This document shows positions 24,141 to 37,809 of a DNA stretch of 64,000 bases, one piece after another; within the stretch, counting starts at the first letter, position 1; each line of letters begins with the position of its first letter. Origin of the DNA: Octopus sinensis. Lineage: Eukaryota. The DNA lies in the NCBI RefSeq assembly GCF_006345805.1, contig NC_043005.1:3720001-3784000 (forward strand), in the 5' to 3' direction. The notes beneath the pieces are model-generated. The model ran no database searches, was not told the origin of the DNA, and saw only the letters and a list, made by a program, of their open reading frames with translations. The position numbers and the translations under genes were made by a program.

Positions 24141-25553
24141 CTAAAAAATGTAGGATAAAATATAAACAGGAACTTCTCAGTTAAATACTGACAAAATAAT
24201 CAGTTAACATGTCCTTATATTTTTCGAACAAGGACACAGATCATGTCACATAGCCAGCTGGAGATGTCTCCTGTGGTTAAATTACAGCAACATTCGTCCT
24301 AAACCAGGACTGCCATGTTATGTTGGCAAACAGTCTTTACTCCAAAGTACTATTACTGAATATCTCACGTTGTGAGATTTAAAAGTAGTAATTTTCTAAA
24401 TCAGTTAACATGTGACTTTTTAAAAACCATTTTTCTGTTGAGTTTTTCAACATATTTTCATATTACTGCAGGTGAGATAATTCTACAAATTGATAGTTTC
24501 ATATGAATTATTGAGGTCATTAACTCTCTCAGACCTACACCGCTGCATCTAACTTTACCCTCCACCTGGGCTCTTGAGAAATAAAAAAAAAAACCAACAA
24601 AAGTTGCATATGCAGCTAATCTCTAAGCCAGGCCCATCTGAGGTGCAATGCAGACTCTGATGAAATTGTCCTGGATGCATTTGTCCAGTGTTTGACAACT
24701 TGTGAAGTTATGTCAAACAATGTTACATGTAAAACAAATCTAGCTACTAGACAAGTCCATTGTGAAGATCATCTCACCACTTTCCTTTGCCTGGGAAGGA
24801 CAGGCAATGCTAATCGATCTGGTGGCTTTAATGAAATAGGCTGTGTTGTGAACAAGATTGAAAGGGGCTGAAGACCAGATACTTTTCTCTTTGGCCAAGC
24901 CCTCGTTAACTTTTTTCAGGTTTCATTTGGAAAGTGAAAGGCAGACGAAAGCAGCAGACCTGATCTGAGTCTGTGCTTACAGATCAGATGAGGACAATAG
25001 GGAGAAGGCACTTGCCTTGGCAATCACAGTCACTGTGGTTTTGTGGGGTTTCCATGCATAACCCTTATAGGCTTCCCTCTTTTTGGAAATTATTTGAAAT
25101 TTATTGCTTCTTTGCAATTCTCCTTCATGTAATCGCACATTGTATCATCCTGTCCCGTTCCTAATGTTTCTGTCAGCTTGTTAGTGATAAATTATTATTA
25201 AGGTAGCAAGCTGGCAGAATCTATGTATCAGACAAAATGCTTAGCATTTTGTTCTGAGTTCAAATTCTGCCAAGGTCAACTTTGGTACTAAAGAGGATGA
25301 AAAGCAGTTACACACTGGGGTTGGTGTAATTGCCATATGCCTTCCCCTAGAATTACTAGCCTTGTGCCAAAATTTGAAACAATAATTATTGTTGGATACA
25401 TAGGATTAAAGATGGGGTGAGATGATACCAGCTGTGGTGAAAGCAAAAAAGAGTTTTTAGTAGGAGAGGAAGAGCACAAAGATTATTCCTTTACATTTTG
25501 TTGTTGTAAATCTCCAGTATTATAGGGATATTTTTGCTAATCAACAAACTCAC

Positions 25554-25755
25554 CTCTCCTAACGAGTTCCTTGCCTTCGTCAATGAGTTCCTGGGTCATG
25601 TCATCATCACCAACAAACTGCTGAAAGCCAAGGAAGTGAAGAATCCGACTGCCTAAACTGAAGTAGGTACATATACAGAGCAGAACAATAGCAATGGGGA
25701 AATATATATTGAAACCGTCAGACACAATAGCAATCACATCCATATGACCCATAAT
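25554..25755 (-). CDS. LMBRD2: LMBRD2 coding exon 10
   Basis: tttcag|[68 protein letters not shown]|gtgagt. 202 nt. Confidence 0.95.
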
Positions 25756-27347
25756 CTGAAAGAGACGAAACAGAAATATAGGATTAGCGATAAGAATCTC
25801 CATTTGTAATCAGTGAGAGAGCCGGGTACAGATATATGAGGCCTGACACCCATTGGGACTACCTGTCTGATAAGGGTACACCACAACCATATGTGTGCAA
25901 CATGGTGATCTCACATCAAGACAAACAACATATGACCTTGCAGGTGGGACCCAGTTAGAATTTCCTTCAGGTTGAATAGCCCATCTCGCTCAAAAGGCCC
26001 CTGAATAAGGTTTGTTAAGGATGATGAACGAAACTCCCATGTTTCCAGATGTAAATTATTCAAACACCACAAAATTCCTCTCAACACATGGCTTTGATGC
26101 TCCCCAATTACTTCTGCTCGTGATCAGAGATGCACATATTGTCAGCCACTAAGGGACATGCTCTCAACTGGTTACGGTCAAACAACTGACTGTGGTATTG
26201 AACAGAATATTTGCTGTAACCCATCTTTTATACCAAGACAAAACAATGTACATGACATCAGAAGCCAACACCTGGTACTGCATCAGGGCATTTATTATCA
26301 TTATTATAAAGGGGGTGAGCTGGCAGAATTGTTAGAGTGCCAGATGAAATACTTAGCGCTATTTCGCCCGTCGCTAGGTTCCGAGTTCAAATTTCGCCAC
26401 GGTTGACTTTGCCTTTCATCCTTTCAGGGTTGATAAATTAAGTACCAGTTGATCACTGGGGTTGATGTAATCGACTGGCCCCCTCCCACAATTTTCAGGC
26501 TTTGTGCCTATAGTAGAAAGGATTATTATTATAATGGTGGTGAATTTTATAGAATTATTAGTGTTGAAATAAATGTCTCAGAGTATATTTGTTTTGGTTC
26601 TTTAGTTTTGAGTTCAAATCCCATTGAAGTCAACTGTTCATCCTTTCGGGGGCCAATATATATAAAGTATGAGTTAATGTCAACAACTCTGAGAATGTAA
26701 TGGGTGCTTTTTAAGTGCGTCCGGCACATATATATATATATGCGTAAATGTTCTGAGGAGGGTGACTGCCTTTGGGGTAAATGGAGCACAAAAGCGAGGT
26801 AGACCGAGGAAGAGATTGGGTGGGTTGGTTTGAAAAAGGAGCATACCCAAAACTGGGCATGATGGCGTGAGGGTGGTTGCTATGGCACTGAAGTAGATCT
26901 GGCCACCCCTGTTAGCGGAGGCAAAACCTGGATTTAAAACACTGGATGATGATGACAAACACACAGAATGGGCTTCTTCAGTTTCGGTCAAGGAGATCTA
27001 CTCACAAGGCTTTGGTCAATCCAAGGTTATAGTAGAAAATACTTGTTCAAGGTTTCATGACTGGGATTGAACCAGAAACCATGTGGTTGGGGAGTAAACT
27101 TCTCAACCACACAGCCATGCCTGCACCCAGCCACTTTTCTTACAAATATAACAGAGATTGATAAAGTTTTTCTCTGTCGTATATGTGTCAGATTGTAAGA
27201 GAGAGCAGCAGGTGGTGAGACATCTAACTCATGCCAGCATGAAAAATGTGGAAGTAAAATTAATGATGTTAAGTTCACAAAACTATTTCTGTTCTAACAG
27301 CATGTGTGAAGTAGTTAGAAATAATTAAATAAAGCAGTATTTCTTAC

Positions 27348-27456
27348 AGTTGTGTAAGCTGTTTCCTCAAGATTATTGACGTGAGTTACATGGCTGTCCA
27401 AATGGATCAAACCAAGGAAATTGAGGCACAACGGAGGTGTTAATCGACAGAGCATC
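27348..27456 (-). CDS. LMBRD2: LMBRD2 coding exon 9
   Basis: tttcag|[37 protein letters not shown]|gtaaga. 109 nt, includes the [12 protein letters not shown] family motif. Confidence 0.95.
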
Positions 27457-27556
27457 CTGAAAAGAAGTGAGAGCAACAGTAAATAAAAATAAGAACAAGA
27501 AAATACATTCAGTGTTATAGAAGTACAACGTTCTTTTATGCTTTTACTGGTTTTGG

Positions 27557-27923
27557 TCACTTGTCTGTGGCCATGCTGGAGCACCACCTTTAGTCAAGCA
27601 AATCGACCCCAGGACTTATTCTTTGTAAGCCTAGTACTTATTCTATCAGTCTCTTTTGCTGAACTGCTGAGTTATGGGGACGTAAACACACCAGCATCGG
27701 TTGTTAAGTGATGTTGGGGATACAAACACAGATGCACAAACATACACACACATACATATACGATGGGCTTCTTTCAGTTTCTGTCTACCAAATCCACTCG
27801 CATGGCTTTGGTTGGCCCAAGGCTATAGTAGAAGACATTTGCCCAAAGTGCCACGCAGTGGGACTGAACCCAGGACCATGTGGTTGGTAAGCAATCTACT
27901 TACCACACAGCCACTCCTGTGCC
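27557..27923 (-). mobile_element. long tRNA-derived SINE (family B), near full length
   Basis: Head (- strand) CAGGAGTGGCTGTGTGGTAAG...GGGTTCAGTCCCACTGCGTGGCAC, an internal (GT)n tract, and a 3' part TGCTCCAGCATGGCCACAG. Further copies include 6088-6430, 56225-56530 and 59141-59514. Confidence 0.7.
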
Positions 27924-29416
27924 TTACCAAAATATTTTATGGAGGTCAATCAGACTTGCAGTTACTCAAACCAAACCTCAATCACATCCGTTTTAGAAGG
28001 GCCTTCAAAGGATGGCGTGAGGTACTTGCTCTTAACTGAAGCATTCTGCCAGAAGAACAGTCTATGGCATTGGCAGAAACTCTTAGACTCTTAGTGAAAT
28101 CAATGTTTCATTTGATCAACTGTTAGGGGAGGGGGAAGTTGCACAGAAAAGAAAGGAAATCATTAGAGTAAGGTTTAAGGGGTCAGACAGAGTAGAGGTG
28201 ATATAGTGTATTAGGGGGAGTAATGTATGTGAGAGAGAGAACTGATACATCTGTGAATCAGTGGTTTTAGCAGGTTTAATGAAAGAGTGTTCATCAACAA
28301 ATTTCAGAAATGGTTTGGGAGTTTGTGTACAACATAGTTTCAAACAAATATGTGAGCAATATTCCGACGTGGGCCTTACTTGAGCTTTGTACAGGGCCAA
28401 CAATCGATCAAAGTATATTTGTAGCCATGAAGAGGAAACTTTGTTTTTAGTTGTGCTGTGAGGTCACGAGAAAACCTTAATGATTCTGGACCTTAGTATC
28501 TGTAGCTCTCCCCAACCTCAACCCTTATCCACCCACCCTTCCTGATCTTCAATCCCTACACTCTCTCCTCTTTACCTTCACATACCCTGTCACTTGGTCT
28601 CCACCCTCTTTAGCTCTGTGTCCAGCTCCACCTCAATAACGTACCCCACCCTTACGTAATGCAAAGCAGCCATAACAACAACAAACCCGTTCTTGTCCCT
28701 TCTATTATATTTTTATCTCTCACTTTCCTTTCTACCATGCCCCTTCATATTTAAGGGAGTTCTTTAGTCCAGCGAGGTACATGGTAAACTCACTAGTGCT
28801 GGTGCCACTTAAAACAGCATCCAGCACTGTAGAGTGGTTGGTTTTAGGACAGGCACCCAACATCTAATCCATGCAGACATGGAAAAATAGACCTTAGAAT
28901 GGTGGTGATGATGGTTCATTGTTAAAACAGATACAGAGTTGGGAGGAATATTACAAGATAAAATTTGAATTATGTTTAATACAGTAAAAACCATGTGGTT
29001 AATCCTTTAGCATATAAACCAACCATATCCAGTGAAAATATTGTTTTATGCTCAAATTAGCCAGATCCGGCCTCTCACACCAATCCTACAATGTCAGTCT
29101 AAAAGTATGTAATCACATAAAAATCCCAAAGCTACAAGATAATCCATGATTAACTCAAGACAATATGAATAAAAAAGCATTACAACTGACTGCTAAAGAG
29201 TTAAATAACAGTTATGCTGTTTCAAGATAACACGAGAACATAGCAGGTATTAGAGTATGGCTTTATAGTTTGTAAGTGAATCCAGGTTTCTAGAATACTA
29301 GACTATGTTTTGTGTTTATAAATGCATTCATTGCTGGAAGAGACTCGTGTATAAGAAAAGGAATCTTTAGATTTTGGGAGGGGTTTTGGTTTTGTTAAGA
29401 ATTTGAGAAGACTTAC

Positions 29417-29550
29417 ATTCCAGTAAAGATCAAACTGTATTCGTTGGTTTGGTGGTGAGGAGCAATGTAATAGTAGTTGAGGATGCGGATTTGAAACACA
29501 GTGTAGTAAGCACAGAAACACAGGAAGCCAATCGTCAAGATGGAGGTCAG
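29417..29550 (-). CDS. LMBRD2: LMBRD2 coding exon 8
   Basis: ttccag|[46 protein letters not shown]|gtaagt. 134 nt. Confidence 0.95.
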
Positions 29551-29735
29551 CTGGAAAAGAAGAAGACAAACATAAACAAACAAACACTGCAGAGAGAGAG
29601 AGAGAGAGTTGTACGATGACAACATATTGACTGAGAAATTCAGAATAATCCGATTTGTAATTATTTTCAGTTTGAAATATTATGATTGTAATAATAGGGG
29701 ATGAAATAATGTGTTTCATGAGAAGTGAGGAGTTG

Positions 29736-29980
29736 TACAATTCTATATTAAAGAGATGAGGAATTATTTACATTTGACGGATATTTGTCCTCATCTTGTT
29801 TGTTGTTAACACAACATTTTGGCTGATATACCTCCAGGTATCTTGGGGAAATTTCAAACCTCGGATCTCATTCCTAAGATATTTTTCAATGTTATTATTA
29901 TTCAGGTCACTGCCTGGAATCGAACTCGGAATCTTGGGGTTAGTAGTCTGGTCTCTTAACCAGTACGCCATATGCTCGTG
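29736..29980 (-). mobile_element. tRNA/hammerhead family, copy F (full length, core deleted)
   Basis: Runs from the tRNA head to the shared 3' end. The hammerhead reads GATAC-CTG-GAGG-TATATCAGCC-AAAA: ATGAAGGCTG is deleted between two CTG microhomologies. Confidence 0.75.
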
Positions 29981-30396
29981 AGGAGTTGTAATTTGCAAAC
30001 CTTGCAACAAACATTACCTGGTTACATGGATCCAGGTGAATTTTGAAAGATTGAAATGAATTTACTTTTATTGCGCTAGAAGTAGCAGCCAGAGCTTCCT
30101 CAAATCGCATTCGTTCAACACAGACAGGTGAGTCTTGACTAGAAAGTTATACAAATAAAATTGCTGTCTGGTCAAACAGGAAATAAATCCAGTCGTTTAA
30201 CATTGAATGTTTGATAGGTTAATTAGTTATGACGGTATATTTTCACTGGCATGATCATAGAGTTACCCTAAGGAGGTACTTCTAGATTATTCCTGTAGTG
30301 GCTAAGTATCTATAAAACCATTTAATCCATATTACTATGTGAAAAAACTAAAATTATTATAAGATGTTCAGTGTATACAACAGAAACATTGTTAAA

Positions 30397-31118
30397 TCTC
30401 CTCCTGCAACTCAACTTGATTTCGAGCCGGGTCGTCTGCTGCTGGAGAGGACCGATCAGGTAAAGGACCTGGGTATCTTGGTGGATTCCTCCTTTTCGCC
30501 TTCGGCCCAGTGCGTCCATGCTGCCGACAAAGCACGCGGAGTTCTGTTTTTGAGCAGCCATATTCCTACCGCTCTATGTCACGCTGGTGAGACCCATATT
30601 GGAGTACGGGATTCAAGCCTCTTCTCCTTATCTCCTCAAAGACATACAGCATCTCGAAAGAGTCCAGAAGCTGGCTACCCGCATGGTTCTTGGTCTCAAG
30701 CATTTGTCTTATGAAGAAAGGCTGAAGACGCTCGACCTTTATTCTCTAGAAAAACGCCGCCGCCGTGGTGATCTCTTTCTCGCTCACAACATCATAAGCG
30801 GAAAGTGTAACCTCTCAAAAGAACTGTTCTTCACTCCTGCTCCAGAGCGTCGGCTGCGGGGTCACTCCAAAAAGCTCTATCTGCGACGATTTCATCTCAA
30901 TCGAAGGAGAGGGGCTTTCTCCGTCCAGGTTGCGGATCCGTGGAATAAGCTGCCAGACGAGATGAAGATGCCGACGACCACTCGGTTCAAAGTCTCCCTT
31001 GACCACAAATGGCCTGAACTCTTTGCATGAACACCACCCTGTACATAACTCCATGTCCCCCTACATGGCCTTGCTTTTTGCTTTTTGAGCCAAAAAATTA
31101 ACTTAACTTAAATTAAAA
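30397..31118 (+). mobile_element. CR1/L2-group LINE, 5'-truncated RT C-terminus plus tail
   Basis: QVKDLGILVDSSFSPSAQC...ARGVLF, then ORF 30587-31030 RPILEYGIQASSPYLLKDIQHLERVQKLATRMV...LEKRRRRGDL...RGHSKKL...PWNKLP. (AACTT)n-like tail. Confidence 0.88.
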
Positions 31119-33572
31119 TAGCTACCTATGTATCATACCTAATGTATATACACCATTGAAAAACACGATGTTGTGGTTTTTGTCTGAGAGAAAATTTCTT
31201 GCACATGTGTTAGAAGCACTGTGTATTAGTGCAAGACCAACATTTCCTCAGCAGCAGTCATTCATGAGGATGCTAGATGTGTTTTGGCTTCCTTGGGCCT
31301 TATCAATGATATCTATTCAGTTGTCATGTGCATGAACAGTGAGCAGGGAATAATACATCTACTGATATTGCAGAAAGCTTGCTGAGTTGAATAAAACTCA
31401 GTGTACAAAATTAAAATAGTCTTCTGAGTACCACACCTAAAATATACACCATTGAAACGTATGCTGCTGTGGCCTTTGAAAGAGAGAAAATAATTTTGTT
31501 ATTATTCATTATAAATGAATGTGAAATTTTGATGGAAAGTTTTTAATTTAGATTACAATAAAACAGGAATTTTATATCATGGAACAAAATTAATCGACGT
31601 GTTAAAAACAAATATCAGAGTGAGGACAAAAACAATGAGCGATTGAAAGACAGATTTTTGCTGAATTTCCAGAAGAGAGAGAATGAGAAAAAAAGCAAAC
31701 ACATTAAAACACTGGAAAATAAGACAGAAAAATACATATTGTTTCACAAGAATGGAAGGTCAAATATGTGAGCAATCGGAGTTTGATTGTATAAAATATT
31801 CCTTATTGTTTATAAAGCAAAATTAAATTATCAAGAAAGAGACGTTTATTAGCAAATTACTAAACTAAACGACAATAAAATCATTTAACTTTCTTTCCCC
31901 AAGGTTGCTTTAGTTTATTTTTCTTCTGTTTATTAATATTAATATAAAATGCAAATCTAGGTCAGCTGTCTTTAAGAATGGAATGAGACTTTAGAAAGAC
32001 AACAAGAGACTGTTTTGTTTAGACTACTATGAAAAGATAATAATCTTTTATAGGGTAGGACAACTTGTTCTAAAAGTGTAAAAGAGGGGACAGAAAGCAG
32101 AGATATAAGTAGGGAACAACAGTAATAAAAGCTGAAGTATGCAGAATAAAACACAAAAAGACAGAAGGAGTGCAGAGGCAGGAAGACGGGAGTAATGTTG
32201 GTGAATTTTGGGAAGTGGTGCCCTGGCAATTAACACCTGATCTGGGGTCGTTTATTTCGTGCTTCAACAATTCTGAGCAAGAAAACAACAGTAGAATATC
32301 ATTAGAAAATTATTATTTTAAAAAATATTAATGAACTGATTGTAAATAGTAATCAGGTGTAGTACAACTGATTGGGAAAAGGTAAAAGAGGGGACAGGAA
32401 GACAGCAATGATAGTTAAAAGGAAAATACAGTGTGTGCAGAATGAAACAGGAAAAGAGAGAAAAGTGAAAATTCATAAAGAAGAAAAGATGCGTAAATAT
32501 CAGAAGTTTTTGGTGAATTTTGGGAAATACAGAGTGCTGACAACTAATGACTGCTGACACTGGTAATTTATTCCATGCTTTGATAATTCTGAGAAGAAAA
32601 AAATGATTAAGTCAACACAAGAAATAGAGAAGTTGAAGGAGGAGAATCTTGTATTTAACTGCAGAGAAAGAAGCCAGGCAATGTTGATTTAGGACTTTGA
32701 CTTACAGCCAGAACAGGTTCCATGAGCAATCAACCTGGCTTCCAAAGGTCAGCATGAATCTCTTCATTTCAATTCTTTGGAATATTAAAACAATTAATTG
32801 CCAAGTGTCATTAACTCTATTGATGCCAACAGTCCAAAGACTAACTCTAGTTCTATGATACAACCTTCCTCTTTTAAATTGATCTAAATTAAAACCCTTC
32901 ATCACCATTTGATGTCATTTTAAGTTCCAAACACCAGCTTTTAATAACGACAAAGTTACTTCACTAAATTCTTCATAATCTTAAAAATTCCTTGAGACAA
33001 AGAAGGTGCATTTTAATGAAATATGGTAACAAAGTAACAAAAGGGTTAAATAGGTCTATGTTCAAAGACATCTCACCCATGGCCACCCATTTTTTTTTTA
33101 TTTAATCCCAGATTACATCATCCAATGATGGCAGAGTGTAATTTAACCCTTTTGATACCAGTCCACCTGACACCACCCCTGGTTCCATGATATAAAATTC
33201 CTGTTTTATTGTAATCTAAATTAAAAACTTTCCATCAAAATTTCACATTCATTTATAATGAATAATAACAAAATTATTTTATTAAATTCTTCATTAACTT
33301 CAGAATTAATTGCAAATATTTCAACATAAATATGGTAACAAAAGGGTTAAGATTGAAATAAAAGTTGATCGAGTCCAAAAATAATTAAGAATTAATAAAA
33401 CATCCCAACCTCAAAAGAAAAAAACAAAAAACTTTAGAATTTTTACAAAGGGAAAGTCAGAAGAATTATTGAGTGAAAATTAATAATAGTCATTTGAAAA
33501 GAGAATCAGGGTGGGGAGGAATGGCAAAGGAGACCCCCCCACCCCACAAAAAAATAATCAAAATGTACTGAC

Positions 33573-33754
33573 CTCAATGTAGACATAATCATGATTCTGG
33601 TTGGCAAGATTTATGGAAACGGCAAACAACGACAAGACAGGTTTCTTTATAAAGAACAAACATTCTGACCAAACAACCATGAAAGACATCACTGCAAGAC
33701 AGATGGCCACTATTTTCATCACCCACGGCTGGAACAGACATTTCCAGTACCATT
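33573..33754 (-). CDS. LMBRD2: LMBRD2 coding exon 7
   Basis: ttctag|EWYWKCLFQPWVMKIVAICLAVMSFMVVWSECLFFIKKPVLSLFAVSINLANQNHDYVYIE|gtcagt. 182 nt. Confidence 0.95.
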
Positions 33755-34670
33755 CTAGAAAAGAAGAAGAAAAAAAACAAACAAAACAAATTAATATTAT
33801 AGTTAAAATTATACAACAAAATACTGCATATATAAATCAAAATAAGCAACAAGTATATCTGAGGTAGAGTAGTACAATTGTTTAAAAACTGATGCAATAC
33901 TTACAGTGTTTAATAAAATGAAGTAGCATGAAACAATTGTACCACTCTACCTTGAATATCCTTGTTGCTTATTTTGATTATAATCATCTCATTTGATTTA
34001 TATGGATAATACCATACAAGATTCTGGTGCCTTTAACTTAAGTACCATATTCATCTGAATCTAAATTTTGCTGATATATATATAAGTATATAAATGTAAA
34101 ATCGAGGGATCAAGGTGTAGGAAGAAAGTTAGCTTCAAGCAATCAGTAGTGAATATGAAAAAACAACTTTCAGGGACAACATTGCCTTATTGAGACGGAA
34201 TGTGAATTTTTTCATATCGAAGAACAATAAGTTAAAAAAAGTTCTTTTTATTTACCATGGTAGGCAGCCAGGTGTGTGGATAAGAATACAAGAGTTCTGT
34301 AATCCTTATGTATATATATATATGTGTGTATGTGTGTGTGTATATATATATATATATGTGTGTGTGTGCATGTATTAATTTTCTGAGGAATTTGTATTGC
34401 TAATACTTATGAACATGAAGTATCTACTCAATACTTTAAGTGTTGATGGTATAAGTGAATGCATCCAAGTATAGTACATCAATTCCACAGGATGAATACT
34501 GCTGGTAAAATGGAGAAGATTCTGATCAATTCATCAATGAAGGATGCACCCATACCAACTAGGGACCACTACACTAAAGAGTTCCTATTTAATTAGTTAA
34601 TAAATTATATGAATTGGTATTATCTGTAAGTTGATGATTGTAAGGAATCTATTCCTCCATTTTCTTATTT

Positions 34671-34704
<34 letters not shown>

Positions 34705-36217
34705 TGGCACGTAAAAAACACCCACTACACTCGTGGAGTGGTTGGCGTTAGGAAGGGCATCCAGCCATAGAAACACTGCCAGATCTGACTGGGCCTGACG
34801 AAGCCTTCCAGCTTCACAGACCTCCAGTTGACCCGTCCAACCCATGCTAGCATGGAAAGCGGACGCTAAATGATGATGATGATGATGATATATACACACA
34901 CAAACACACATATATATAACATTATCATCATTGTTTAACGTCCGCCTTCCATGCCAGCATGGGTTGGACGATTTTGACTGAGGGCTGGCGAACCAGATGG
35001 CCGCACCAGGCTCCAGTCTTGATCTAGCAGAGTTTCTACAGTGGATACCCTTCCTAATGCCAACCACTCCGAGAGTGTAATGTGTGCTTTTTACATGCCA
35101 ACGGCACGGGGTCAGTCAGGCGGTACTGGCAATGACCTCGCTCAAATCTTTTTACACATGCCACCGGCACAGGTGCCAGTAAGGCGACGTATATATATAT
35201 GTGTATATATGTATATATATATATTCCTCACTAATCCATTCAGTTGAGGGGGGGTCTTGTCTTGCAAGTTGCTTGGTGACCTCACACCAGCTAGTGCCTT
35301 GGAAAAAGTACCCAGTAGTATATTGTGTATTCTGGGAAGGAGTGTGGCCTGATGGTTAGGGTGTGGCACTTGGAAGTGTTCTTGAGCAAAACCCTTCATT
35401 TCACATAGCTCTTGTGCTGTGTGGGGACCAGCATGCCAAAGAAAAGACCCAACATTTTCTCTGATTGTTGTAAAAGGTGACTAAAAGAGGTTGAGGTAGG
35501 ATTTGCACTCCAACCTTGCAAAACTCTGACCAGCAATGACCACCCAAGCAGATCCATGAGTTGGAGGGTTGTCACCTGAGTGGTGCAAAGGTGTCTTCCA
35601 CTAGGAGTGGTAGGGAAGCACCAACAAAAGGTGAATAAAGCAACACACTGTTATGGTGCATTGTCCCCTACTACTACTACTATTACACTGTGAAGTGGTT
35701 GGCATTAGGAAGACCATCAAACTGTAGAAGCCAGATCAAAGCAGATAGTGGAGCATGGCATGGCCTTCTGGGTCACTGGTTACTGTGTGACCATCCAACA
35801 CATGCCAGCATGGAAAATGGACATTAATCAATGAACGATTTTATGTCTGTGCATGACCAGCTTACCATGATTGCTATTTGCTGAGATGAATATATTATTA
35901 AGGCCTTGTTTTACTGCCAGGGGCTCTTTCTGTTTTTCGGTTAAGGGACCCTTTATTTCAATGTTGAAGGAGCAAAGTGAGTGGATAATTCATTGACAGA
36001 AGTGACAATAGCCAAGACAACACATCAATATTTGTAGCGACCTTCTTAAACAGAAGCTGTAAAGAAACACTCACACATACACCCATATATATACATACAT
36101 ACATGTGTGTGTGTGTGTATAGATATATTTTTATACACACATGCACTTAGGTATACACTTAAAAATGTATGTATGAGTATATACGTGTACACACACACGT
36201 CTATATCTCTTTATGTA

Positions 36218-36256
<39 letters not shown>

Positions 36257-36552
36257 AAAGTTGTAGTTGTTTGGCAAGTGACATGAGAAAGTGTGTTGAA
36301 AGCGAAACAATTGAAATTGTGTTGGAACCATGGTAACCAGAATATTTACAGTGAGCAGGGCTGGCATGTGGCCGTGAGAGAGGCTTTGATATTTAATACT
36401 ACATTATGCAGTAATAAATTAAAACAAAATGAATATAATAGCCACTGTGTATGATGCGTGTAATAGCTATTGGTACACACATATACATATGTGTGTCTGA
36501 GTTCAATGAAAAATGCTTACCATTAAGTATGTTTATGTATGCGTGTGATTGT

Positions 36553-36586
<34 letters not shown>

Positions 36587-37267
36587 GAAAGAAGAAATTA
36601 GAAGCACTCTGCATATTTAGAGTGGTATTTAATAGCAGACAACCGGTTGGCTGTGGGGTTGAGAAGTCTACGTCCCAACCATGTGGTTTTCAGTTCAGTC
36701 TTACAGCAAAGCACGTTCTGGGCAAGTGCTTTCTACCATAGCCCTGGGCCAACCAAAGCCTTGTGAATGGATGTGTGTGTGCATATATTTGTGTCTCGTT
36801 GTCTTGACATTGCACAAGAGTCGTAAATCAGTGTCACTATCCACATCCAAGCAATGTTGCTCACTCCCAACCTTGTATGGCCATGGGGGAAATATTACTA
36901 GGAAACAGGTGAGTGTTGGTGACAGGAAGGGCATCCAGCCTTAGAAAATTTACCTCAAATTCCTTCTGACTGATGTGAGCAAGGAAAAGTGAATGCTAAA
37001 ATTGAGTGTGTGTATTGGTGAAGATGCCATGTAAAAAGCAGTGATGGTACCACATAAAAAGCATCCAGTACACTCTGTTAAATGCTTGGCATTAGGAAGG
37101 GCATCCAGCTGTAGAAACCATGTAGAAAACAGGCTACTGGAACCTCGTGCAACCCATGCTAGCATGAAAAGCATGTTGATGATGATGATGATGATATATC
37201 TATATATATATGCATACACACACACACACACACACACTACACTTAAGTCAAAACTATTTTCACTCAC

Positions 37268-37559
37268 CGACTTTAGGGTTATAGAAGTGTTTTGAGAGAC
37301 CAGTTACAGAAACACTGGAGGAATAATGTTTGAAAATGCGTTCTGGGTTCGACTCATTATTTGCAACATCTTCCAAGGCAAACACCTTCTCCATTAACAT
37401 GTTCCATTGACACTGAGTTCGCTGGTAGATCTGGGAAGCTCGGATGACCCTCTTGTGCAGCCGAACCAGAGTACGTTCCGTCGGAGAGTCCATAGGGCTG
37501 TCGTAGTCCTCATAATCATCAACATTGCGCTGGATGGATTTTCGGAAGTTTTCTGGACA
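37268..37559 (-). CDS. LMBRD2: LMBRD2 coding exon 6
   Basis: ttccag|CPENFRKSIQRNVDDYEDYD...LVRLHKRVI...FALEDVANNE...HFYNPKV-G|gtgagt. 292 nt. Confidence 0.94.
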
Positions 37560-37809
37560 CTGGAAAGAGTTGGAAACATCGGGGGCTGTGTTATTGGTGT
37601 TTTGGTAAGTTTGTAGGGGACAACTGGGAGAGGGAAGAGGGAGTGGCGATGGTGAAGTGGGAGGCACAAAGGGAGAAAGAAGATAATAGACAAGGAAATA
37701 AAGAGACGGTGATTAGTGATGGAGGAGGGGATAAGAGGAGGGTTAAAGGGAGAGAGAGAGAGGGAGGGGCGAAAAATTAGAAGCATCCCTTAGTAAGAAA
37801 TAAAATTAC

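Noticed and set aside
24657-24663. Additional CUGAUGA as a hammerhead core
   Set aside because: There is no stem II followed by GAAA at a compatible distance.
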